Shown piece by piece: positions 1 through 11,799 of a stretch of 64,000 bases of DNA; within the stretch, counting starts at the first letter, position 1, and every line of letters starts with the position of its first letter. Source of the DNA: an uncultured Acidobacteriota bacterium (lineage in GTDB: Bacteria > Acidobacteriota > Blastocatellia > RBC074); NCBI GenBank assembly GCA_963796275.1, contig CAWCKY010000004.1, forward strand, positions 320,001-384,000. The letters are read 5' to 3'. The translations under genes and the position numbers were made by a program. The notes beneath the pieces are model-generated. The model was not told the DNA's origin, searched no databases, and saw only the letters and a program-made list of their open reading frames with translations.

Positions 1-402
1 TCGTTTGGCCGAATAGAGCTGTTCGTCATACTCCACAACTCCGAAATTGTATGTAACTCTGCCTGTGAGACCTTTTTTGAAAGATCCAACCGAGAATGTG
101 ATCACTACCTTGTGCCCGTCCGGTAACGTCGCATTGCCTTCCAGACAAGCCGGCAAGTCCGGCCCTTCATTACCGGTCGCCGTAGTCGCCTCTCCGCATT
201 CCGCCAATTGCCAAATTACACCTGCGCGCGGGCCAACAAGTTGGTTGAACCAGATGGGTAGAGAAACATTCGGCAATCCAGGATCCAGATCGGATGCAGG
301 TGTGCGTTGTACTAATGCTAACGCCTGCTTTTCCAGCGAGTCCGTTTGCAACAACGTACTAACCAATAGGCACAACACAATAGCGATCGCTGAGACCTTC
401 AT
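1..402 (-). CDS. TonB-family protein paralog, N-terminal part (runs off the window start)
   Basis: Open frame MKVSAIAIVLCLLVSTLLQTDSLEKQ... colinear without indels with the 5' part of CDS 5006..5962 (offset 5560). GGAGG RBS upstream. Confidence 0.85.
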   Translation of the reverse strand, partial: MKVSAIAIVLCLLVSTLLQTDSLEKQALALVQRTPASDLDPGLPNVSLPIWFNQLVGPRAGVIWQLAECGEATTATGNEGPDLPACLEGNATLPDGHKVVITFSVGSFKKGLTGRVTYNFGVVEYDEQLYSAKR

Positions 403-720
403 ATCCCTCCTGGTACTCTTACAGCGAACACTCCCAGTTGATAACGGCGCGGAAAGCCCTTTATGAGCTCATGAATACCTAAGAATGGGGCAGTGAGAGA
501 GCTGCAGCGTGACTGCAGCTTATATGTGCAAAAATTTACATACACAGCCATACCACTCCAGTTGCGACTAGGCCGACTACTATCCATTATCTAGGAAGAG
601 GGAGTAGGACATTTACCCGGCAATTACCAAATATTTTGTTAACTGTTAAGGAAAATTGTCCCGTAAGTATCGGTTTAGGAAATGAGGCATCCGCTAACAA
701 TACACCGGACGACTCGTTTC

Positions 721-1103
721 TAAGAGCGTGGTTTCAAGATGCTTCGGCTGGTACTGAATAGCAAGGTATGAACGAACAACTCTACTCTACGCGAACGATC
801 AGCCCATAAGGTCTGGACCGTCCATTCATGCCGGGGCTTTTTTGGGGTGCGTTACTTGCGTCTGCGTAATCGGATCGATTTATAGATCGTCAAACGCAGC
901 GATGCGGAAAAAGGATTCGTTGTTCTGCTCGCCGTTGGAAAGTTGAGCGAACTTTCGTCCGGGCTCAGTTTTTTGTCGTCGATTAAGCGTTAATTAAGCG
1001 ACGACGAAGAGTACCTGCCGATAACGAGCGAAACTCTTATTTACATTTCAATGATCGGACCGAAGCTTGCTCGGATAGCATAAATATGTTAAACACGCTT
1101 TAA
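721..1103 (+). mobile_element. Internally deleted IS5-family (IS1031/IS427-like) remnant, copy 1
   Basis: Frameshifted transposase C-terminal motifs RRWKVERTF and EYLPITSETLIYISMIG..LARIA*. Imperfect terminal inverted repeats taagagcgtggttt / aaacacgctttaa. Confidence 0.65.
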
Positions 1104-1431
1104 CCGAAATATGTCCGCAAAGCCTTAGTTAAGTTACTACAATGTGAGCGGTTTCCAATGTGCGAATGACATCTCGTGCGAATGACTTCTTAAGCACGTA
1201 ACGCCAACAGTACCCGTTTCGTCATGTTCTGTCAACAAAAAACCCGTCCGAGGTCCGTTCACTGCAAGTGCATTATCGCAAACCAACCCCGCGTTAATCT
1301 TAACTGGGTCTTCCTCTATTTGCAGGTTATCGTGCGTCTGATGGTTAAACAGAGAGCGGGACGATCATCCAATATGACTATAACATCCGAGTAACTGCGG
1401 TTGCGCCGAGAATGATTCGTACGAAGCTATC

Positions 1432-1835
1432 TCTGGTATAGCTGAAGCTGTTTGTCACCTGCATGCGGTCTTCCTGATAGTAGTCCACGTCGACCGCGTT
1501 ATTGCCCGTCGTCAAGAGATTGCTCACATCGAGCAGGGGCTCGAAACTGGTGGGCGGAAAACCGAAACTGGCCTCGACAATTGCAACCGCGCCTCGTTCG
1601 AGGCCCGCGGCGTGAGCGCTGAAATGAAAGTGCCTACAATCGCCTGGTCGTCAGTGTTGTTGTTGCGTGCGTTCGTTGAAGTGGAGCCCAGACTTCCGGG
1701 GCCGAGAAAGTTCGTGGTATCCGCGGTAGGTAGCTGTAGCGCAGCGAGAGCGCATTGTCCCCGATCACATGGTTGACCTTCCCATGAATTGATCGTAGTT
1801 GTTCGGAACGAATCTGATTGAAACGAAACCGGCGG
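1432..1835 (-). pseudogene. Frameshifted internal fragment of the TonB-dependent receptor (copy of ~3513..3915)
   Basis: Near-identical core to 3540..3800, with mostly synonymous substitutions plus indels, and identity decaying at both edges. Confidence 0.85.
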
Positions 1836-1945
1836 AGGATTGGACCTCTCGCCGGTGATGAGAGAATCGATCAATACCGCGAGCAGCGAGCGAGTCTCCA
1901 CCAATCGATCATCGATAAAGACTCGCTCGTTGTGTTGAGTATGTT

Positions 1946-4900
1946 TCAGAACTTCAGTTTCATAGCAAACTGAATCTGCCTCGGGTTGTAGACTTCACTC
2001 GGCGTACCGAAGCCGGGGACCGGAGCTTGGCTTGGATCGGTGTTACCGAAGAACGTGTTGATGTTCCGGACATTAACCCGATTGAACAGATTGAAGAAAT
2101 CGACGCTGAATTCGCTGTTCAATCTTTCTGTGAATTTGATCGGGCGCGCGACACGCATATCGACCGAGGCAAAGCCTGGCCCCATCAACGTATTGCGCCC
2201 GAGGAATCCCGGACGGTCCGAGAGCGGGTTGCCGTCAGCGTTTGCGTCGAATCCGGTGAAGACCGTGAAAGCTCTCCCGCTCTCGATCCCCACCAGCGAA
2301 CTGAACCTGAAATCCCTCAGCAAGGGCACGCTTCTCGGCACCTGCTCCAGGAACGAGAGCGTGAACCGATGCGCCACATGCTGGCGTGACAGCGCCCACT
2401 CGGTCACCCCAGGCGCTTCGGGAAAGTCCGGCAGGCTCGTCGGCGAATCGACCCCACCATCTGACATTGTCTTCGAGAAGGTATAGCTCCCATGAATCCC
2501 AAATCCCACTCCGAATCGCCTCTCGATCTCTAAGGTCCCCCCATGATAGACCGAGTCTCCCTGGTTGGTGAGGAAGGTGATGTCGCCCAGTTCCATGAAG
2601 GTCCGCGCCCCGAAGCATGGTTTGCCGGGCACCGGCGGCGGCGTCCCCATCATCCCACACAAAGACGCCGGCGTCGCCACCGCATTCAAGTTGGGCGTGC
2701 GTCCCACCAGCTGCACCCCATGCACGTACAGATAGCCGGCCGTCAGCGCCACGCCGCCCGGGAGTTCTTGCGACATCTGCAGGCTCGTCTGCGTGCTGTA
2801 CGGCGTGCTCAGGTTCGCGTCCAAAGTATCATTGAGCGTCGGTATCCCCGCCGCCGGTACCTGCCCGGTCGCCAGGAAGTTGATCGCCGCTCCCGTCGCC
2901 GCAGGCCCGGGCAAGATCGTCTGAACGAAACGGCCGCCGAAAGTGGCCACACCGGGGAACAGTACCGACGCATTCGGCATATTGCCGCGGTTTTGATATT
3001 CGACCGAGTTGAAGACCTGCCCGACGCTCTGCGCCAGCCGATCGTTGAAGATCCCGAAGCCGGCCCGCACCACCCCCTTCGGGTTCCAGTTGTAGGCCAG
3101 CCCGATTCGTGGCTGGACATTGTTCATATCACGATTCTGAACATAGCGTGAGGGATAACCCTCGACGTCATAGCGCATCCCCAGGTTCAAGCTCAACTTC
3201 GGGGTCACCTTCCACTGATCCTGGACGAACCCTCCGATGATGCTGTGATTGAGCCTGAAATTGGTCGTGTTTGCGTAGGCGTCCGGCAGGGTCTGCGTAA
3301 ACGGCACGGGCACCTGATATGCTACCGGCGCATTTACAAAAGTCGGCCACCAGAAGACTACCGGCCCCGTGGTCGGACTCGGCGCCGTCGTCGGCGTGAA
3401 GTTCAACAACTGCTGCAGGTTGGGAAAGATGATCCGCGCCGGGAAGAAGAGATTCCACACGCTTCGATCGCGCATATAGTTGTAATCCCCTCCGAACTTG
3501 AACTGATGGGCACCTCGGGTATAGCTGAAGTTGTCCGTCACCTGTATGCGGTCTTCCTGATAGTAGTCCACGTCGACCGCGTTATTGCCCGTCGTCAAGA
3601 GATTGCTCACATCGAGCAAGGGCTCGAAACTGGTGGGCGGAAAACCGAAACTGCGCCTCGACAATTGCAACCGCGCCTCGTTCGAGGCCCGCGGCGTGAG
3701 CGCTGAAATGAAAGTGCCTACAATCGCCTGGTCGTCAGTGTTGTTGTTGCGCGCGTTCGTTGAAGTGGAGCCCAGACTTCCTGGGCCGAGAAAGTTGGTG
3801 GTATCCGCGGTCAGGTAATTGTAGCGCAGCGAGAGCGCATTGTCCCCGATCACATGGTCTACCTTCCCCAGGAATTGATCGTAGTTGTTCGAACGAATCT
3901 GATTGATAGTTTCCGGCGCCAGGTTGAATCGGGCCTTGAAGGCGTTGAGCCCCGCCAGGTTCTGCTGGACCACCTGCGGGAAGCGGTTCGATTCGTCGCG
4001 CCGCTGGCCTTCATAGTTGGCGAAGTAGAAGGTGCTGTCTTTCTTGATCGGGCCGCCGAGAGTCGCTCCGTATTGGTGCTGCCGCAGCACGTTGGTATCG
4101 GGAGTATTGAGAATCGATTGTGCGTTGAGCGCGTCGTTGATGCCGAAATAGTAGACCGATCCGTTCACACTGTTACCGCCCGAGCGCGTAATGATATTGA
4201 CGAAGCCTCCCGAGGCTCGCCCGTATTCGGCCAGATAGGTTGAATTGAGTACGCGAAACTCGCCGGCCGCCTCCTGCGAAGGCGTCGCGCGCGGCGTCCC
4301 GGTGTAGGTCTGTATGTTATCGGCTCCGTCCACCTGGATCAAGGTGGCGAGTTCTATCTGGCCCCCGAATGACAGGCGCGGCGCCGCGACCGCTCCGACG
4401 CCGACATCCGGCTCTTTGAACGCGCCGGGGGTGCTGTTCTCACGTCCCATCGCGACGCCGCTCGAGAGTTTGACGAAGTCCACGAAGTTGCGCCCGATGT
4501 TGGGCAGCCCTTGAATCTCGTCCTCAGAGACCATGCGGCTCATATCTGCCTTGTTGGACTCCAAATATGGATTCTTCACATCGATGTCCACTTTGTCGGA
4601 GATTCCGCCCACTTCCATCTGCACATCTTTGTTGGTCGTGCCGCCGACGTACAGTATAAGATTTCTCTGAATCAGCAGCTTAAAGCCGGCCGCCTGGACC
4701 TGCAACTCATAGTTGCCCGGCTCCACAAAGGCGAACACATACCGCCCATCATTGTCGCTCGTGACCTGACGCGATTTGCCGGTCACGTTGTTTTTGACGG
4801 TGACGGTCGCCTCCTTTATTACCTCCCCTTGCTCATTGCGAACAACTCCCGAGAGCGTAGCTGTCGGAGTCTGTCCGTAGCCGACGGCGACCGCCATCAG

Positions 4901-4957
4901 CAGCAAGAGCAATACGGCTGATTTCGAGACAAGAACGCTAATTTTCTGCTTGGTCAT
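1946..4957 (-). CDS. Oar-like TonB-dependent outer-membrane receptor with N-terminal carboxypeptidase-regulatory-like domain
   Basis: Signal peptide, CarboxypepD_reg-like N-terminus, AEYGRASGG plug motif, C-terminal PRQIQFAMKLKF. GGAG RBS before ATG 4957. Confidence 0.92.
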   Translation of the reverse strand: MTKQKISVLVSKSAVLLLLLMAVAVGYGQTPTATLSGVVRNEQGEVIKEATVTVKNNVTGKSRQVTSDNDGRYVFAFVEPGNYELQVQAAGFKLLIQRNLILYVGGTTNKDVQMEVGGISDKVDIDVKNPYLESNKADMSRMVSEDEIQGLPNIGRNFVDFVKLSSGVAMGRENSTPGAFKEPDVGVGAVAAPRLSFGGQIELATLIQVDGADNIQTYTGTPRATPSQEAAGEFRVLNSTYLAEYGRASGGFVNIITRSGGNSVNGSVYYFGINDALNAQSILNTPDTNVLRQHQYGATLGGPIKKDSTFYFANYEGQRRDESNRFPQVVQQNLAGLNAFKARFNLAPETINQIRSNNYDQFLGKVDHVIGDNALSLRYNYLTADTTNFLGPGSLGSTSTNARNNNTDDQAIVGTFISALTPRASNEARLQLSRRSFGFPPTSFEPLLDVSNLLTTGNNAVDVDYYQEDRIQVTDNFSYTRGAHQFKFGGDYNYMRDRSVWNLFFPARIIFPNLQQLLNFTPTTAPSPTTGPVVFWWPTFVNAPVAYQVPVPFTQTLPDAYANTTNFRLNHSIIGGFVQDQWKVTPKLSLNLGMRYDVEGYPSRYVQNRDMNNVQPRIGLAYNWNPKGVVRAGFGIFNDRLAQSVGQVFNSVEYQNRGNMPNASVLFPGVATFGGRFVQTILPGPAATGAAINFLATGQVPAAGIPTLNDTLDANLSTPYSTQTSLQMSQELPGGVALTAGYLYVHGVQLVGRTPNLNAVATPASLCGMMGTPPPVPGKPCFGARTFMELGDITFLTNQGDSVYHGGTLEIERRFGVGFGIHGSYTFSKTMSDGGVDSPTSLPDFPEAPGVTEWALSRQHVAHRFTLSFLEQVPRSVPLLRDFRFSSLVGIESGRAFTVFTGFDANADGNPLSDRPGFLGRNTLMGPGFASVDMRVARPIKFTERLNSEFSVDFFNLFNRVNVRNINTFFGNTDPSQAPVPGFGTPSEVYNPRQIQFAMKLKF

Positions 4958-5005
4958 ATTGATCAGCTCCAAATGTTCACTTAATGTTGATTCTAGGGGC
5001 GACTT

Positions 5006-5962
5006 CTAAAGACGTCTAAAATTGAAATTCAGGATGCCCTGCACCTTGATCGGCGCGCCGTTGAGCGTGGTCGGTCTGAAGACCCATTTTAATGCCGCAT
5101 CAACCGCCGCGGAGCGGAGAGCCTCGTGACCGCTAATGGCCTTGGCATCAATGACGCGTCCCGATTCCGAGATGGTTACCTGCACCCTTACCGTTCCGAA
5201 AGCCCTCATTATCTTGGCAGTCGGCGGGTAGGCCGCTTCTACTCTGGTGAGGGCATTTCCGAGCAACACATTGTCAACTACCTGTTGTATACCTTGGGGC
5301 TGGCTCGGCGGAGAAGAACGCGGAGAAGAACTCTGAAGCCGGCTGGGGGGCGGCGGCACTTCTTCCGGCGGCGATAAGGGCTGTTGCCCATCCAGGTTGG
5401 CCGTCAGAACGTCATTATTCATAGATAAAAGCGATTGAGGTTTCACCTGGGGCGGCAATTCGATACGTGGCTCATTGGCGTCGATGCTGGGGAGTGTGAC
5501 CGGCCTATTCCGCACATATTCCTCCATCCGACCGGAGAGCAGCATTGGTAGATCGCTCAATCGTTTGGCCGAATAGAGCTGTTCGTCATACTCGACAACT
5601 CCGAAATTGTAAGCAACTCTGCCTGTGAGACCTTTTTTGAAATATCCAACCGAGAATTTGATCACTACCTTGTGCCCATCCGGTAACGTCGCATTGCCTT
5701 CCAGACAAGCAGGCAGGTCCGGCCCTTCATTACTGGGCGCCGTAATTACCTCTCCGCATTCTGACAATTGCCAAATTACACCTGCGCGCGGGCCAACAAG
5801 TTGGTTGAACCAGAGGGGCAGAGAAACGTTCGGCAATCCAGGATCCAGATCAGAAGCAGGTGTGCGTTGTACTAAAGCTAACGCCTGCTTTTCCAGCGAT
5901 TCCGTTTGTAACGACGTACTAACCCACAGGCACAACACAATAGCGATCGCTGAGACCTTCAT
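5006..5962 (-). CDS. TonB-family energy transducer with additional N-terminal domain
   Basis: Pro-rich linker, TonB_C signature YPPTAKIMRAFGTVRVQVTISESGRV...AALKWVFRP. Directly upstream of the receptor. Confidence 0.88.
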   Translation of the reverse strand: MKVSAIAIVLCLWVSTSLQTESLEKQALALVQRTPASDLDPGLPNVSLPLWFNQLVGPRAGVIWQLSECGEVITAPSNEGPDLPACLEGNATLPDGHKVVIKFSVGYFKKGLTGRVAYNFGVVEYDEQLYSAKRLSDLPMLLSGRMEEYVRNRPVTLPSIDANEPRIELPPQVKPQSLLSMNNDVLTANLDGQQPLSPPEEVPPPPSRLQSSSPRSSPPSQPQGIQQVVDNVLLGNALTRVEAAYPPTAKIMRAFGTVRVQVTISESGRVIDAKAISGHEALRSAAVDAALKWVFRPTTLNGAPIKVQGILNFNFRRL

Positions 5963-6150
5963 ATCCCTCCTGGTACTCTTACAGCGAACACTCCCAGTTG
6001 ATAACGGCGCGGAAGCCCTTTATGAGCTCATGAATACCTAAGAATGGGGCAGTGAGAGAGCTGCAGCAGCGTGACCGCAGCTTAGATGTGCAAAAATATA
6101 TATACACAGCTAGCCACTCCAGTCGAGACTAGGCCGACTACTATCCATTA

Positions 6151-6294
6151 TCTAGGAAGAGGGAGTAGGACATTTACCCGGCAATTACCAAATATGTATG
6201 TCTAGGAAGAGAGAGTAGGACATTTAGCCGGTAATTACCAAATATGTATCTAGGAATAGGGAGTAGGACATTTACCCGGCAATAACCAATATGT
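6151..6294. repeat. Three tandem copies of a ~48-50 bp unit
   Basis: tctaggaagagggagtaggacatttacccggcaattaccaaatatgta at 6151, 6201 and 6249. Single copy at ~590 in the duplicate. Confidence 0.92.
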
Positions 6295-6378
6295 TGTTAA
6301 ATGTTATGGAAATTGTCCCGTAAGTATCGGTTTAGGAAACGAGGCATCCACTAACGATACACCGGACGACTCGTTTTC

Positions 6379-6755
6379 TAAGAACGTGTTTTTTAAGAGG
6401 CTTCAGCCGTTACTGATTGCAGGATGCGGACGAACAACTCTACCCGAACGATCAGCCCATTAGGTTTGGACCGATCCATTCATGCCGGGGCTTTATTGGG
6501 GTGCGTTACTTGCGTCTGCGTAATCAAATCGATTTAGAGATCGTTACACGCAGCGATGTGGAAAAAGGGCTCGTTGTTCTGCTCGCCGTTGGAAAGTTGA
6601 GCGAACTTTCGTCCGGGCTCAGTTTTTTGTCGTCGATTAAGCGTTAATTAAGCGACGACGAAGAGTACCTGCCGATAACGAGCGAAACTCTTATTTACAT
6701 TTCAATGATCGGACCGATGCTTGCTCGGGTAGCATGATGTGTTAAACATGCTTAA
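6379..6755 (+). mobile_element. Internally deleted IS5-family remnant, copy 2
   Basis: LEIVTRSDVEKGLVVL / RRWKVERTF / EYLPITSETLIYISMIGPMLARVA* across frames, resembling IS5 DDE transposase C-termini. Degenerate terminal inverted repeats. Confidence 0.7.
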
Positions 6756-6913
6756 CCGAATTTTGTCTGCAAAGCTTAGTTAAATTACTACTATGTAAGC
6801 GTTTTTCAATGTGCGAATGACTTCTTAAGCAGGTAATGCGAACAGTACCCGTTTCGTCATGCTCTGTCAACAGGAAACTTATGTCAGAGGTAAGTGAGGT
6901 ACAGGTGGGAATC

Positions 6914-8410
<1,497 letters not shown>

Positions 8411-8448
8411 CTTAGTCCCATTCTCGTTGGCGAACCCTGCCGTTAATA

Positions 8449-11400
8449 TCACTCCTTCGTGATCGTCTCGTCCAAATTCAAAAGCGCGCTCATAACAATT
8501 GTCCACGCGGCCAATTCCCGATTATCTATCCGATGAGCCGATTTCGAGTCGCCAACGCGTACTATTTCATCCGCCGCTTCCCGCTCAGCGCGATAGTGCG
8601 AAAGCTGTTTATCCAACAGTGAACGAAGCAAATTCAGTTCCGGCTTGGTCGGTTTGCGCGATGTCGCCAGCCGAAATGCATAGACGATTCGGCCGTTCGC
8701 GTCTTTACCGCCCTCTCGCCACGCCCGCTGCGCCAGCGCACGGGCCGCTTCCACGTATGTCGGATCGTTCATCAAGACCAGAGCCTGTAATGGGGTGTTG
8801 GTCAACGCCCTTCGCGCGACGCATTTCTCCCTGTCCGGCGCGTCGAATGTCGCGAGCGTTGCCGGCGGCGCAGTTCGTTTCCAGAATGTGTACATGCTGC
8901 GGCGATACAAATTCCCGGCGTGACTTTGTTCATATGACTGGGCCGAGAAACCGTCCCCAAATGCCAATTCCTCCCAGATACCCGCCGGCTGATAGGGGAA
9001 GACGCTCGGGCCGCCGATCTCTCCGTTCAGCAATCCGCTGAGGGCGAGCGCGTTATCGCGAACTATCTCCGCCTGCAACCGGAATCGAGGTCCGCGAGCG
9101 AGCAGGCGATTATCAGGGTCTTTTTCCAGCAACAGTGGCGTTACCCTGGAAGATTGTCTGTAGGTAGCCGACGTGACGATCAGCCGCTGCATCGCCTTGA
9201 TGTCCCAGCCCGTGCGGATGAATTCGGTCGCCAGCCAGTCGAGGAGTTCTGGATGAACCGGCGGTTCCCCCTGCGACCCGAAATCCTCGGCAGTCTTCAC
9301 AATCCCATGGCCGAAGTAGAGCTGCCAGTAACGATTCACCGCCACTCGCGCGGTCAGCGGATGGTTCGGATCTACCAGCCACCTGGCCAGATCGAGGCGG
9401 TTCGGCAATGCCTTTCCTTCCGCTCCGTCCCCCCCAGGTCCTGCCCCTGATCCTGCCCCGTTTGCCCCGTTTGCCCCGCCAGGTCTCAAAGGCGGCAAAA
9501 CGGCGAGCGTGTCCGGAGTCACTTTCTCCGTTTTGTTGCGGTAATCACCACGAGTGAGGATGTAAGTTTCGCGCGGGACCGAGCGCTCGCCCATCACCAT
9601 GACCGTGAGAATGCCTTTCTCCAGTATCTCTTTCTCTTTTCTCAGGGCTTTCAGCTCGGCCTGTGTTTTCTTCAAATCATCGGGCGCAATGAAGGTCAAG
9701 TAGTATTCGCGCAGGCGGTCGCTCTCTTCCTTCGTCCGTTTTCCGCTCACGCCGGAGAGAATGGTCTGTATCGGATAGCGGATCGCCAGGTCTTCGATCT
9801 CCGACTGCTTCAGACCGCACCTGTAGAATCGCAGATCATCGATTCCACCGCTGTAAGCGCGCCCCGTCTCTTTGCTCCCGAGCAGCAACTCTGCGTCGTT
9901 TTTTATCGTGCCTTTGAAATTATCCTGTATAACCTCGACCTCGGCGAGTTTACCATTTAGGTAGACGTTCAACCCGGAAGCCTTGCCCGAGCCGTCATAA
10001 ATGATGGCCAGATGTTTCCATTCGCCGTTGTAAAAGAGCTCCCTGGTTCGGATGCGAATCGCACTGTCCGGCCAGTTCGCGATCAACCGGATGGTCAGAG
10101 GCGCAGCCCACCTCTGGATATCAAAGAGCTGTGTCTGTTCGAAGGCCAATTCGTAACCGCGCCTCGTCTGATCATCTTCGATCTTCTCGAAAACAATATT
10201 GGGGATATTTCCAATACTAGGGCGCATCCAGACGGCAAAAGTGAATTCGCCATCGAGCGCATCCGCCGTTCCAAAACTCAGTCTCGTCTGCCCATCGAGA
10301 GAGACAGCCCGTCCGACCTGTCCGGCTCCGAATGTCGGGTCTCCGGCGACTGTCTTTCCATGGCGGTAATTTCCCGAAGAGTCCGACAGGCTGCCGTCGA
10401 GGTCGTAGAGCGCGACCAGATTGTCGCGTGGAGCTACCGCGGGCTTCCCTGCCGAAGCTTTCTCCCAGGTCTCCTCGAGCGGCCCGATCTTTTGGTCAGC
10501 CAGCGCTGCCACGCGCTCCTTGATCGCTATATCCAATTCCTCCTGTTTCCTCTTCTCATCCCCCGTCGGCATCGGCAGAAACGGCTGCGCATTTCCGCGC
10601 TGGCCATCGAGACCCTTCTCGCTCACGTTATTAAAGAAAGCATAAAACTGGTAGAACTCCTTATGGGAGATCGGATCATATTTATGAGTGTGGCAGCGGG
10701 CACAACCCATCGTCATACCCATCCACGTCGTCGCAGTTGTCTCGACACGATCGACGGTGTATTCGTTCAGATACTCCTCGGGGATCGCGCCGCCCTCGTA
10801 GTTGATCATGTGATTGCGGTTGAACCCCGACGCAATCTTCTGCTCCATCGTCGCATTCGGCAGCAAATCGCCCGCCAATTGCTCGATCGTAAATCGGTCG
10901 TACGGCTTGTTCGCGTTGAATGCTGCGATCACCCAGTCGCGCCACGGCCACATGTCGCGATGGCTGTCGATGTGATACCCGTGCGTGTCGGCGTAACGCG
11001 CGAGGTCCAGCCATTGCATCGCCATTCGCTCTCCATAGCGAGGCGATGCCAACAATTTATCAACCACCTTCTCGTATGCATCCGGCGATTTGTCTGCGAG
11101 GAATGCGTCTACGTCGGCTGGCGTTGGCGGCAGGCCCGTCAGATCGAGATAGACGCGTCGCAAGAGCGTGATCTTGTCGGCTTCCGGCGATGGTTTGAGT
11201 CCTTCTTTTTCGAGACGCGCGAGAATAAAGCTATCGATCGGATTGCGAACCCAATTCGCATTCTTGACCTGCGGCTCGGCCGGACGCTTAGGCGCAACAT
11301 AAGCCCAATGTTCATTCCATTGCGCGCCTTCTTCGATCCATCGTTTCAGCAGCCCGACCTGATCGCTCGTCAGTTTATGGCCCGATTCCGGCGGCGGCAT

Positions 11401-11721
11401 CATGACGTTCGGATCTTTTGAGGTGATCCGCATCACCAATTTCGACTTGGCCGGATCGCCGGCCACTATGACGCCCTGCTTGGCGAATGCGCCTTCTTTT
11501 GTATCCAGCCGCAACTTCGCCATCCGCTGCTGATCGTCCGGTCCATGGCAGGTAAAACAATTATCCGAAAGAATCGGACGAATATCGCGGTTGAAGTCAA
11601 CCGGCTTGATCTTCGGATCGTCAGCCGAAACTCCCAGCAACTGACTTGAACAGTAAATCGCCACTGCAAAAGCCAATATTGTGAGCTGAGTTCTACGCTT
11701 CAGGCGCCCCATGCGCTCCAT
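8449..11721 (-). CDS. Planctomycete cytochrome c (PSCyt1/DUF1549/DUF1553) protein with LamG-like domain
   Basis: CFTCH and CARCH haem motifs, WLDLARYADTHG, HPELLDWLA, TPLQAL. GGAGG RBS before ATG 11721. Confidence 0.92.
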   Translation of the reverse strand: MERMGRLKRRTQLTILAFAVAIYCSSQLLGVSADDPKIKPVDFNRDIRPILSDNCFTCHGPDDQQRMAKLRLDTKEGAFAKQGVIVAGDPAKSKLVMRITSKDPNVMMPPPESGHKLTSDQVGLLKRWIEEGAQWNEHWAYVAPKRPAEPQVKNANWVRNPIDSFILARLEKEGLKPSPEADKITLLRRVYLDLTGLPPTPADVDAFLADKSPDAYEKVVDKLLASPRYGERMAMQWLDLARYADTHGYHIDSHRDMWPWRDWVIAAFNANKPYDRFTIEQLAGDLLPNATMEQKIASGFNRNHMINYEGGAIPEEYLNEYTVDRVETTATTWMGMTMGCARCHTHKYDPISHKEFYQFYAFFNNVSEKGLDGQRGNAQPFLPMPTGDEKRKQEELDIAIKERVAALADQKIGPLEETWEKASAGKPAVAPRDNLVALYDLDGSLSDSSGNYRHGKTVAGDPTFGAGQVGRAVSLDGQTRLSFGTADALDGEFTFAVWMRPSIGNIPNIVFEKIEDDQTRRGYELAFEQTQLFDIQRWAAPLTIRLIANWPDSAIRIRTRELFYNGEWKHLAIIYDGSGKASGLNVYLNGKLAEVEVIQDNFKGTIKNDAELLLGSKETGRAYSGGIDDLRFYRCGLKQSEIEDLAIRYPIQTILSGVSGKRTKEESDRLREYYLTFIAPDDLKKTQAELKALRKEKEILEKGILTVMVMGERSVPRETYILTRGDYRNKTEKVTPDTLAVLPPLRPGGANGANGAGSGAGPGGDGAEGKALPNRLDLARWLVDPNHPLTARVAVNRYWQLYFGHGIVKTAEDFGSQGEPPVHPELLDWLATEFIRTGWDIKAMQRLIVTSATYRQSSRVTPLLLEKDPDNRLLARGPRFRLQAEIVRDNALALSGLLNGEIGGPSVFPYQPAGIWEELAFGDGFSAQSYEQSHAGNLYRRSMYTFWKRTAPPATLATFDAPDREKCVARRALTNTPLQALVLMNDPTYVEAARALAQRAWREGGKDANGRIVYAFRLATSRKPTKPELNLLRSLLDKQLSHYRAEREAADEIVRVGDSKSAHRIDNRELAAWTIVMSALLNLDETITKE

Positions 11722-11799
11722 TTCGAACCCTCCCAGGAATGAACCTTGTTTATTGAATGATAGCAACAATATACGCCGAGTCTTAGTATGACGCAATGG

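Larger units (their letters stand above)
1..1238. repeat. Diverged direct-repeat copy of 5561..6872
   Basis: Aligned by eye from tcgtttggccgaatagagct (1 / 5561) to tctgtcaaca (~1238 / ~6872), with scattered substitutions and small indels. Confidence 0.95.

Noticed and set aside
1524-1904. 126-aa ORF as a real gene
   Set aside because: It is a frameshift chimera of the receptor fragment.
1432-3915. DGR template/variable repeat pair
   Set aside because: Differences are not adenine-specific, include indels, and no reverse transcriptase is in the window.
6151-6294. CRISPR array
   Set aside because: The units abut with no unique spacers, and there are no cas genes.
10012-11421. 469-aa plus-strand ORF
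   Set aside because: Antisense shadow of the PSCyt gene with no recognisable motifs.
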